Positions 29,092-35,338 of a stretch of 35,338 bases of DNA are shown here, one piece after another. Position 1 is the first letter of the stretch, and each line of letters begins with the position of its first letter. Location of the stretch: IMG/VR virus record IMGVR_UViG_3300020336_000219, positions 1 to 35,338 of that record; one strand, 5' to 3'. The stretch comes from a virus (Duplodnaviria; Caudoviricetes). A program made the translations under genes and the position numbers. The notes beneath the pieces are model-generated. The model was not told the origin of the DNA. It saw nothing but the letters and a program-made list of their open reading frames with translations, and ran no database searches.

Positions 29092-29604
29092 TTAGACAGG
29101 GAGATTAGTACCAGTACCAGCAGCAACACCTTGACTGCCGATTTTTAATGAAGCAGAAGTGGTTCCAGCAGAACCTTCACCTTTTGCATAAGCATCTTTA
29201 GGAGATATTCTTAGACCTTTTTTCTTCTTCTTCTGCTTGGAAAGAATGCCTTGAGACGTAGTTGCTGCACTATTCGCAGCACTTATAGCAGCATTACGCT
29301 CTGAAATTTCAGCAGCATTAGCTGAACCACCAACAACAAAAGCAGTTTCGGCCTGCTGTTGTACCTCTTGTATTGCAGCCGAGCCAGCAGCAGCAGCTTC
29401 TTGTTGAGCAGCGGTAGCTGCATTGGCTATCCGTATCTGTTCTAATCTGTTTGCCTCAATTTCTGCATTTCGCTGTTCCGCGATTTGATTAAGTCTTTCT
29501 TGTTCTTTTGCAGCTTCTTTCGCCTCATTCTTTGCCGCAGTTACACCAACAGCATCATTCCAAAGGTTGTCGAATGGGCCTGGGATGTCGGGGGCTTCGC
29601 ACAT
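29092..29604 (-). CDS. gp6.7/7.3-like small virion protein, paralogue 3
   Basis: MC start, Ala-rich helix, KKKKKGLRI and SLKI...GTGTN tail. Confidence 0.65.
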   Translation of the reverse strand: MCEAPDIPGPFDNLWNDAVGVTAAKNEAKEAAKEQERLNQIAEQRNAEIEANRLEQIRIANAATAAQQEAAAAGSAAIQEVQQQAETAFVVGGSANAAEISERNAAISAANSAATTSQGILSKQKKKKKGLRISPKDAYAKGEGSAGTTSASLKIGSQGVAAGTGTNLPV

Positions 29605-29606
29605 AA

Positions 29607-29996
29607 TTAAACTCCGTAGTTAACACCTGTTCCAGAAGAAGCCGTAAGGCCACCCGCTGAAATTTTTAAGGTGCTTGGTTTTTTCTTTTTCTTTGAAATC
29701 TTTGTAGTTGTTTGAGCGTCTTCATCAGTCACGTTGTCCTCAGTTGTAATTGCATAAGGAGCATCGTTGACTACGTTTTCTACAGTTCCCCCACCTTGAG
29801 CATTAACTTGTTCCATAAGAGCGTTAGTCGAAGCTTGAGCCGATGCAATTTGTTGATTAATACTTTCTTGAAAAGTCTTAGTGTTTGCCTCTGAAGTAGT
29901 TCTAAATGTCTCTAAAACTTCTCGATCTCGTTGCAAATCCTCTTCACTTGGGCCTTGATAGACAATAGTGGGAGCTTCTGGTTTTCCGAAACACAT
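29607..29996 (-). CDS. gp6.7-like small virion protein, paralogue 2
   Basis: MCFGKP start; KKKKPSTLKI...GTGVN tail. Confidence 0.7.
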   Translation of the reverse strand: MCFGKPEAPTIVYQGPSEEDLQRDREVLETFRTTSEANTKTFQESINQQIASAQASTNALMEQVNAQGGGTVENVVNDAPYAITTEDNVTDEDAQTTTKISKKKKKPSTLKISAGGLTASSGTGVNYGV

Positions 29997-30005
29997 AATG
30001 AGTAC

Positions 30006-30395
30006 CTAAGTAATGTTGAGGCCAGCACCTTTGCCGGACGTTCTGGCAACTTTGCCAATCCTTAAAGAGGATTTACCTTTCTTTCCTTTGATGCCACGTT
30101 CATCAACTCCAATTTCAGGAGGTTTAGCATGTTCTTCTCTTGGCGGCGGCCCAACAACTTGAGCTAATCTCATCGCTGCTGCATTTGTATCATCTGCTTG
30201 TTGTTGCTTCGCTAGTAATAATTGTGTTGACGCATCTTGCTTCGCTCTTAATGCAGAATTAAGATCAGCCTGAGCCGTCAAAGTTGACGTATTAGCAGCC
30301 TGTTCTATCGAAGCTTTTTGTAAATCAAATTGCTGATCATATTTTTTATAATCAGGAACCGTAATTGTCGCAGCAGAGCCACCACCCATACACAT
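30006..30395 (-). CDS. gp6.7-like small virion protein, paralogue 1
   Basis: MCMGGG start; KKGKSSLRI...GAGLNI tail. Confidence 0.7.
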   Translation of the reverse strand: MCMGGGSAATITVPDYKKYDQQFDLQKASIEQAANTSTLTAQADLNSALRAKQDASTQLLLAKQQQADDTNAAAMRLAQVVGPPPREEHAKPPEIGVDERGIKGKKGKSSLRIGKVARTSGKGAGLNIT

Positions 30396-30586
30396 CAGAC
30401 TGCCTCCAATTGAAAAACGTCATTTTCCTGTTCTTCCAAACGGCGTTTTAACCACTTGATGACAGACGCTTGGCCTGACTTAAACCAAACTTCTTTTTCA
30501 GAAAGACTCAAATCAGGACATTGATCTGGAAACTGCTCATCTAGAGCAGCTATTAATCTTTCATCTATGTTCGGGAAATAAGTCAC
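30395..30586 (-). CDS. gp6.5-like protein
   Basis: P.I...LI..L...FPD..PD......V.F..GQ.SVI.WL; position upstream of gp6.7-like genes and portal; GTG start. Confidence 0.8.
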   Translation of the reverse strand: MTYFPNIDERLIAALDEQFPDQCPDLSLSEKEVWFKSGQASVIKWLKRRLEEQENDVFQLEAV

Positions 30587-30669
30587 TCTCCAAGGACGTA
30601 GACCTTTACAGCCTACCGATAATCAGGAATATATACCATAGTAGAGAAGTTATTCCACTTCCCCGTAGA
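30587..30669. promoter_or_regulatory. divergent control region with two 16-bp boxes
   Basis: TCTACGTCCTTGGAGA (minus, 30587-30602) abutting the gp6.5-like start, TAGGCT at 30610-30615; TCCACTTCCCCGTAGA (plus, 30654-30669) 5 nt before terS. Confidence 0.6.
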
Positions 30670-30674
30670 AGTTT

Positions 30675-30938
30675 ATGGATTTACAAGAAAAATTAGCAAC
30701 AATCCACGAATTAGTTGCAGATCAAGTTTTAGACGACTTGAAAGAAGGAGATCGCAAGGCAATATCAGCAGCAATGATGCTGTTAAAGCAAAACAATGTG
30801 ACTGCTGTTGCAGCAGAAGGCAGCACATTGAAAAAACTTGCTAATAAATTGGATTTCTCAAGCATGGATGACAAAGTTATTCCGCTTAAGACCCCACCTT
30901 CAAACGTTGAACCCCTCCGAAAGCTCGGCCCGAAGTAG
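30675..30938 (+). CDS. terminase small subunit (gp18-like)
   Basis: L..IH.LVA...L..L..G....AI.AA...LK.NN.TA......L..LA pattern; 87 aa; adjacent to terL. Confidence 0.78.
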   Translation: MDLQEKLATIHELVADQVLDDLKEGDRKAISAAMMLLKQNNVTAVAAEGSTLKKLANKLDFSSMDDKVIPLKTPPSNVEPLRKLGPK

Positions 30939-32652
30939 TTTTTTTCTTAAAACCAAAAGCTATTGAGTCAATAGAACCTGTTGTCTCATCCATCCAAGCG
31001 TCTAATTCATCTTGGAAGAGTTGATCTTTTCGATGTTGTTGTTGAACTTTCTGATCTTGGGCGGCTGACTCAACAAAAAAACCGACTGCAATAGCAAGAG
31101 CGTCAAGGCGGTCATCATGGCTTAAACAATTCCTTTCATGTGTCAATCTTGAGGCTTGCCAAAAAAGGCTCCGTGAATATCCATGTTCAGGATCTTCATC
31201 AGTCAGACGATAATCATTTTTAATGACTCGACTATTAACAATAAGACGATGTTGCTGAATTAAGGGGCCAAGTGTGTCACATAATCTTTCTTCTTTTCGG
31301 ATGTTATGTCTAACTTCTTCGATAGTGCATGGATGAGTTCTTGTTAAATGTGGTTTTAACAGAGCTGTAAACATTCCATCACCCATGTTTGATTCAGCGA
31401 CGACGTAATTAACATCCCATTTCTTTGCTATTTCGGAGAGATATTGCAGAACTTCATCGGCATAACCAAGAGTTGATCCACCAGATTCAAGTAGGAATAA
31501 ATTTCCGTTTAGCTCTGCTAAAACTGCCCAAGCTAATTCGTCCTTACCTCGTCCAGCAGGGTCTATAGCTAAGACACACCGCCACGATTCGGTTTTCGAC
31601 ACCCATCCATTTTGAAATATTGGGCGATGGTAGAACCTATCAGCTCCAAGTCCGACGCAAACTAGATCTTGCAATCTCATGTCAGGTTGATTAGACCATA
31701 TACAAGTCTCTGGTAGAGCTTTCCCATCGAGATCCATGACCATAAGATCCCCAAGCCTGATTGGATACTTGTCTAAAGTTGCTAATCGGGTATTGAGCAT
31801 GAACTGAAGTTCAAAGCTCGCCTTAGTCATGGATGCTTTTCTTTGAAGAATGTCCTCATGCCCAAATCTTTCTGGATCAGTAGGCTCTTCCACGAGGCTG
31901 GTATTCGAGATGACCTCATGTTCAATCGTCGGATCGAGGCTGCCCTCGTAGCAATCGAACTCCTTCGGATAGAGCGCAGGCCAGTAACGAGCAGAATAGT
32001 TCCGTTCTCTCACAAGCCTTAAGTATATACTCGTTTCGGTATGTGGCGTTCCTAAATATAAAATTTTACGGGGTAAAAGCTGGCCCTCCTCTGGCTTTAT
32101 GATACTTTGTATTTCTTCAACAGCGTGTGCAACTCTGTCTTGTTTTAGCTGTGTAATTACGTTAGCTAAAGTCTCAACATCATCGAGTATGGCACAGGTA
32201 CATCTCTGGCCCGTCGTTTGTCCCATGACACCCATTGATCGAACAGACGGAGACTGTTCAACTTGAGCTGGCCCTACATCAAAGGCAACATTTGAAAATC
32301 TATTTTCTGGCCCAGGCATAAGACATTGAAGAATATCTATTTCTCCAATGCAGCGGAGCATAAAAGACGAAAAGTCAGTTGATTTAACTGCTGTAGCAGA
32401 GACAATCAGAATTTTTTCATTTGGATCTACTCTTAATCTCCATAAAGCATAAAAAGACGCAAGAATTGACTTACCTAGTCCACGAAACGCAACCGTAAGA
32501 CTTCGATCTGGTCCATTTTGCATCCAATCACAAACAGAGATCTGCTGCTTAGTTGGGGCATCTGCTAACCCCAACTCTCTAAGCAGATAACAAGTGAAAT
32601 TAGGGAAGCTATCTCTTAATTGAGGAGGTAACGGTTCCCATAAACTTTTCAA
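30886..32652 (-). CDS. terminase large subunit (gp19-like)
   Basis: AFRG.GKS Walker A, GQ.TG.R, DDVE, YLGTP.T, IDPAGRG.DE, ESN.GDGMF, HDDRLDALA. Confidence 0.97.
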   Translation of the reverse strand: MKSLWEPLPPQLRDSFPNFTCYLLRELGLADAPTKQQISVCDWMQNGPDRSLTVAFRGLGKSILASFYALWRLRVDPNEKILIVSATAVKSTDFSSFMLRCIGEIDILQCLMPGPENRFSNVAFDVGPAQVEQSPSVRSMGVMGQTTGQRCTCAILDDVETLANVITQLKQDRVAHAVEEIQSIIKPEEGQLLPRKILYLGTPHTETSIYLRLVRERNYSARYWPALYPKEFDCYEGSLDPTIEHEVISNTSLVEEPTDPERFGHEDILQRKASMTKASFELQFMLNTRLATLDKYPIRLGDLMVMDLDGKALPETCIWSNQPDMRLQDLVCVGLGADRFYHRPIFQNGWVSKTESWRCVLAIDPAGRGKDELAWAVLAELNGNLFLLESGGSTLGYADEVLQYLSEIAKKWDVNYVVAESNMGDGMFTALLKPHLTRTHPCTIEEVRHNIRKEERLCDTLGPLIQQHRLIVNSRVIKNDYRLTDEDPEHGYSRSLFWQASRLTHERNCLSHDDRLDALAIAVGFFVESAAQDQKVQQQHRKDQLFQDELDAWMDETTGSIDSIAFGFKKKTTSGRAFGGVQRLKVGS

Positions 32653-32846
32653 TTTTCTGTCTCTAGATCAGCTTTTTCAACTTCAACTGTAGCTGTTGGT
32701 CTTACTGGTGGAGCCAATAGCTGTTCCTGAACCTCTTCGTCCACGTAAACATTAGACGTATCAGCCTTTTTTAAAGTCTCAGGCTTGACACAGCAAGCAC
32801 CTTCAAGACCTAACTCCATTCTTTGATTGTTGGTGAGGTAAGGCAT
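32649..32846 (-). CDS. hypothetical protein
   Basis: ORF with AAGGA SD; stop overlaps the terL start. Confidence 0.7.
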   Translation of the reverse strand: MPYLTNNQRMELGLEGACCVKPETLKKADTSNVYVDEEVQEQLLAPPVRPTATVEVEKADLETEN

Positions 32847-32892
32847 AGTCCTTTTTTAACTTCTTTTATTCTGACGTAACTATGGCTATATA

Positions 32893-32923
32893 CAACAAAA
32901 CCCCCGACTGGTGGCGAGGGTTC
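32893..32923 (-). terminator. intrinsic terminator-like hairpin
   Basis: AACCCTCG-ccaccagt-CGGGGGTT then TTGTTG. Confidence 0.7.
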
Positions 32924-32973
32924 TGAAGCTATCCAATAACCAAAATGCTAATACTTGCTAAGGGGTAAGGGAC
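32893..32973 (-). ncRNA. candidate small RNA 2
   Basis: TTGTAT-N16-TAGAAT promoter (-10 at 32980-32985), ~45-nt body, terminator hairpin ending GGGGGTTTTGTTG; ends approximate. Confidence 0.45.
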
Positions 32974-33004
32974 ATTTTAATTCTACAAATTATTTAAGTA
33001 GATA

Positions 33005-33043
33005 CAACAAAACCCCCTAACGCGCGATATGTTAGGAGGCTTT
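33005..33043 (-). terminator. intrinsic terminator-like hairpin
   Basis: AAAGCCTCCTAAC-loop-GTTAGGGGGTTTT then GTTG. Confidence 0.75.
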
Positions 33044-33089
33044 ATCTAGCCCTAGCTGACCACGACCAAGCAGCAAGCATCTTAGGGAT
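33005..33089 (-). ncRNA. candidate antisense small RNA 1 (seed UUGGUCGUGGU in apical loop)
   Basis: -10 TAAAAT 33096-33101; CCCUA/UAGGG and GCUG/CAGC stems enclosing loop CUUGGUCGUGGU; terminator; complementary motif in five gene leaders. Confidence 0.65.
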
Positions 33090-33106
33090 ACTCTTATTTT
33101 AACTCA

Positions 33107-33265
33107 CTATTTTAAACGAGCCTCTAATTCTTCTGCCTTTTCTGCTAATCCCGTATAAAAACCATGGAGCTTATGTGTCTTCAAGTGCCTTCCATCTAAG
33201 ACATACCATCTCTCCATATCCATCATCCTCTGCCGATCTTCTTCTAACCATTCTCTTTGATACAT
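33107..33265 (-). CDS. hypothetical protein, 52 aa (MYQREWLEED...LDGRH...HGFYTGL...)
   Basis: Read manually; AGGAGG upstream and TAATG overlap. Confidence 0.75.
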   Translation of the reverse strand: MYQREWLEEDRQRMMDMERWYVLDGRHLKTHKLHGFYTGLAEKAEELEARLK

Positions 33266-33333
33266 TATTTCTTACCTCCTTTCTTTGGTGGTCTTCCTAC
33301 CTTCGATCCATAAGTCCCTTTCCCTTTTGGCAT
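33265..33333 (-). CDS. 22-aa basic peptide MPKGKGTYGSKVGRPPKKGGKK
   Basis: Read manually; translationally coupled (TAATG); AT-hook-like GRP core. Confidence 0.75.
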   Translation of the reverse strand: MPKGKGTYGSKVGRPPKKGGKK

Positions 33334-33365
33334 AACTATTAACCTAAAAGACGACTACACAATAA

Positions 33366-33611
33366 CTAATATCCCCTAGCTTTTCTATCTTTTTCTCTAC
33401 GCTCCCGCAGATATTCACTAAACCCCTCTTGATCTGTCCTTAATCCATCCACTAATCCATGCTTTGCTCTATATCCCCTCATATATTTCCCATACTCTCT
33501 CCTCTCACTACTCGTAAAATCTCTCGCTAATTCCCCTCCACTTGGATCTCTCTCAACCCCCACTCTCTCCTTCATTTCTTTCATCAGATAAGTCTCTTTT
33601 TTCTTACTCAT
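33366..33611 (-). CDS. hypothetical highly charged protein
   Basis: 81-aa ORF with purine-rich coding strand; first gene of the leftward unit. Confidence 0.7.
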   Translation of the reverse strand: MSKKKETYLMKEMKERVGVERDPSGGELARDFTSSERREYGKYMRGYRAKHGLVDGLRTDQEGFSEYLRERREKDRKARGY

Positions 33612-33640
33612 AACATTGATTTGCTTGGTCGTCTAATTAA

Positions 33641-33656
33641 CTTACACCCGTGCAGA
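33641..33656 (-). promoter_or_regulatory. 16-bp box TCTGCACGGGTGTAAG
   Basis: Degenerate match to the box family, 30 nt upstream of ATG 33611. Confidence 0.45.
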
Positions 33657-33797
33657 ACTAACACAACCCCTCAGAATGTTTCAACATGTAAACATGGAAC
33701 ATTGACGCTCATGCCGATTGCCTATATAAACAGACGGCAGGGTTTTTAACGAAACGCAACGATACTCACCTCCTCTTACCTCGATAAATAAATACAT

Positions 33798-33838
33798 AGC
33801 CTCGCTTTTCCTAGCATCAGCGGGGCTTTTCCATTTTA
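33798..33838 (+). terminator. terminator-like hairpin
   Basis: AGCCTCGCT...AGCGGGGCT then TTTCCATTTT. Confidence 0.55.
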
Positions 33839-34132
33839 CTGCTCGCGATTAAGTAGGCTTCGTCGTCTCGCCTTATCCCCATTTCCCCCATTACCCCTAT
33901 CGGATCGCCTTTAAAAATTCGATCAACTGCAAAAAATTCCTTTTATTTATACTTCGATGGGGTAGGGGGTAGTGAGGGACTGGCTCGGCTGCGAATAATA
34001 AATTCGCATCAGCTCTTCACCCTGGTCTTATTGCTGGACCAGCTCCAAAGGAGACTGACAGGCATACGAACAAGGAAGAGCCCGCCGCATGGAGCTGAGT
34101 GAGTGAGAGTACAACAGATTGTTAAGCTATAA

Positions 34133-34156
34133 AAGCTAAGTCTACAGGGCCGTAGA
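34133..34156. promoter_or_regulatory. 16-bp box TCTACAGGGCCGTAGA upstream of the first early gene
   Basis: Box 34141-34156; reverse complement of 34133-34156 matches 3268-3291 at 21 of 24 nt. Confidence 0.65.
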
Positions 34157-34213
34157 GTGTTAGCTATTGTCTGGGAGTGCTACGGCACAACCACGACCCT
34201 AGACAATTTAAAA

Positions 34214-34534
34214 GTGAAGCAGTTTTCATTCCACCATGACGGCGGTCATGGTTGGTTACAAGTCCCTGAACAGTCTTTGAAAGACTTAGGCATTGAGCAT
34301 TATGTCTCTGACTGTAGTTATTTGAAAGACAAGCAGGTCTATCTAGAAGAAGACATGGATGCAAGCCTATTCATTGCGGCATGGAAAGCAGAGAAGGGGA
34401 AAGAGCCTGATTGGTTCGACTTCTTTGAAGATGGAGAGTCAAAGATAAGAAACTTTGACCGATACCCAGCCAAAGCTGATAGGTCTTTTAAACAAGTCAT
34501 GCACAAGATAGGCGAGCTAAATAAGGGACTATGA
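34214..34534 (+). CDS. phage early protein of the D.GHGWL...YLEED.D type
   Basis: Motifs HDGGHGWLQV and SY......YLEEDMDA; in-frame GTG 34214 after the leader motif preferred to 34157. Confidence 0.8.
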   Translation: MKQFSFHHDGGHGWLQVPEQSLKDLGIEHYVSDCSYLKDKQVYLEEDMDASLFIAAWKAEKGKEPDWFDFFEDGESKIRNFDRYPAKADRSFKQVMHKIGELNKGL

Positions 34535-34695
34535 AACTAACTAAGAAAGAGATTGAAAGAGTAGGGGATGACCTTGCTCTTTACATGGTGGCCTTGCAAG
34601 AGTTTGAAAAGATAATTGGTTTTCCTGTTGGTCTTAATTTCAAGCAGCAAATGGACTACTTCGATTCTTTTTATCACACTTGCAAGCCTATCTGA
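34531..34695 (+). CDS. hypothetical protein, 54 aa
   Basis: Read manually; ATGA overlap, AAGGGA SD. Confidence 0.65.
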   Translation: MKLTKKEIERVGDDLALYMVALQEFEKIIGFPVGLNFKQQMDYFDSFYHTCKPI

Positions 34696-34753
34696 TCTCA
34701 GCCTGGAGCCCTAAGGGGTTCCATGCTGGGTTCTCCAGCATTACCACGACCAA
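34696..34753 (+). repeat. structured intergenic leader, copy 1
   Basis: GGAGCCC-taag-GGGTTCC hairpin, ATGCTGG..CCAGCAT hairpin, then ACCACGACCAA. Confidence 0.8.
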
Positions 34754-34762
34754 AGGTATTTT

Positions 34763-35104
34763 ATGACTAATTCAGCTCTTGATTTAATGCCTCAAAAGGT
34801 TATTGATTCAATGCCAAGACTATATAAAACAGATAGTCAAGGGAAACAAGCAATGATCTTATGTCATTTATTTGGGCCAATTGGAGACTTTTATTTGACT
34901 GAAGTTAATGAAGAAGGAACCGAGGCTTTTGGGTTTACAAAGCTTGCAGCTCACCCTGATGGTGCGGAGTTGGGATACATCCCACTAACGTCACTTAAGC
35001 AGTGTGTTGGCAAGTTTAAAAGTAATCCAATAGTTAATCTCAAATACATGATTGAAAGAGATTTGCATTGGTCGCCTAAGCCTCTAAAAGAGGTTATGAA
35101 ATGA
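34763..35104 (+). CDS. DUF2958-like protein
   Basis: P.LY.T...LF.P...FY.TE...AFG...ELGY..L..L...IERDLHW.P..L pattern. Confidence 0.8.
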   Translation: MTNSALDLMPQKVIDSMPRLYKTDSQGKQAMILCHLFGPIGDFYLTEVNEEGTEAFGFTKLAAHPDGAELGYIPLTSLKQCVGKFKSNPIVNLKYMIERDLHWSPKPLKEVMK

Positions 35105-35277
35105 GACTTAATTTAATTTTAGATACAGACAATGCTGCGTTTGAAGGCGACCAGCTCGGCCCAGAAGTCTCGAGGATTTTTGAGGATTTAACTAAAGAAT
35201 TTAGTTATTACCCTATTCGAGATAGAAAGCTAAGAGACATTAACGGCAATGTAGTTGGCTCTATTAAATGGACTTGA
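35101..35277 (+). CDS. hypothetical protein, 58 aa (DNAAF...RDINGNVVG)
   Basis: Read manually; ATGA overlap. Confidence 0.75.
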   Translation: MRLNLILDTDNAAFEGDQLGPEVSRIFEDLTKEFSYYPIRDRKLRDINGNVVGSIKWT

Positions 35278-35283
35278 CAGTAT

Positions 35284-35333
35284 CCCAGAGCCCTGCGGGG
35301 CTCTCTGATGCTCTCAGCATCTACCACGACCAA
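35284..35333 (+). repeat. structured intergenic leader, copy 2
   Basis: AGAGCCC-tgcg-GGGCTCT hairpin, GATGCT-ctc-AGCATC hairpin, then ACCACGACCAA. Confidence 0.8.
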
Positions 35334-35338
35334 CCCTT

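Noticed and set aside
440-29894. Many shadow ORFs in the track (e.g. 440-718, 619-924, 7479-7970, 12164-12610, 14773-15099, 17437-17778)
   Set aside because: They lie antisense or out of frame within well-supported genes and have no recognisable motifs
32890-33017. 16-nt direct repeat as a mini CRISPR array
   Set aside because: Only two copies 112 bp apart, each part of a terminator; no cas genes in the window
35284-35338. Hammerhead ribozyme (CTGATG between hairpins)
   Set aside because: Core is CUGAUGC rather than CUGAUGA, no GAAA follows, and copy 1 lacks it

Overview
Most of a T7-like (Autographiviridae-type) podophage genome, probably a marine cyanophage. The + strand from 1 to 3230 carries replication genes: an NrdR-like Zn ribbon, a gp4 primase/helicase and a gp6 exonuclease, with no DNA polymerase between gp4 and gp6. 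A convergent 7-gene module of signal-peptide and membrane proteins lies at 3292-6632. A long minus-strand morphogenesis block follows (terL, gp6.5-like, three gp6.7-like paralogues, portal, scaffold, capsid, tail tubes A/B, gp13-16-like ejection proteins, tail fibres), with terS inverted on the + strand. A divergent non-coding control region (~33.6-34.2 kb) precedes small early genes on +. Three signals stand out. (1) A candidate antisense-sRNA system: two tandem promoter-RNA-terminator units at 32.89-33.10 kb. One displays UUGGUCGUGGU in a hairpin loop, complementary to an ACCACGACC(AA) motif in five gene leaders. (2) A 16-bp imperfect palindrome (TCTAC-N6-GTAGA type), found 8 times, mostly at the starts of late transcription units. 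(3) The envelope-protein module, both halves of which carry this box. All family calls rest on motif recognition by eye, not database searches.
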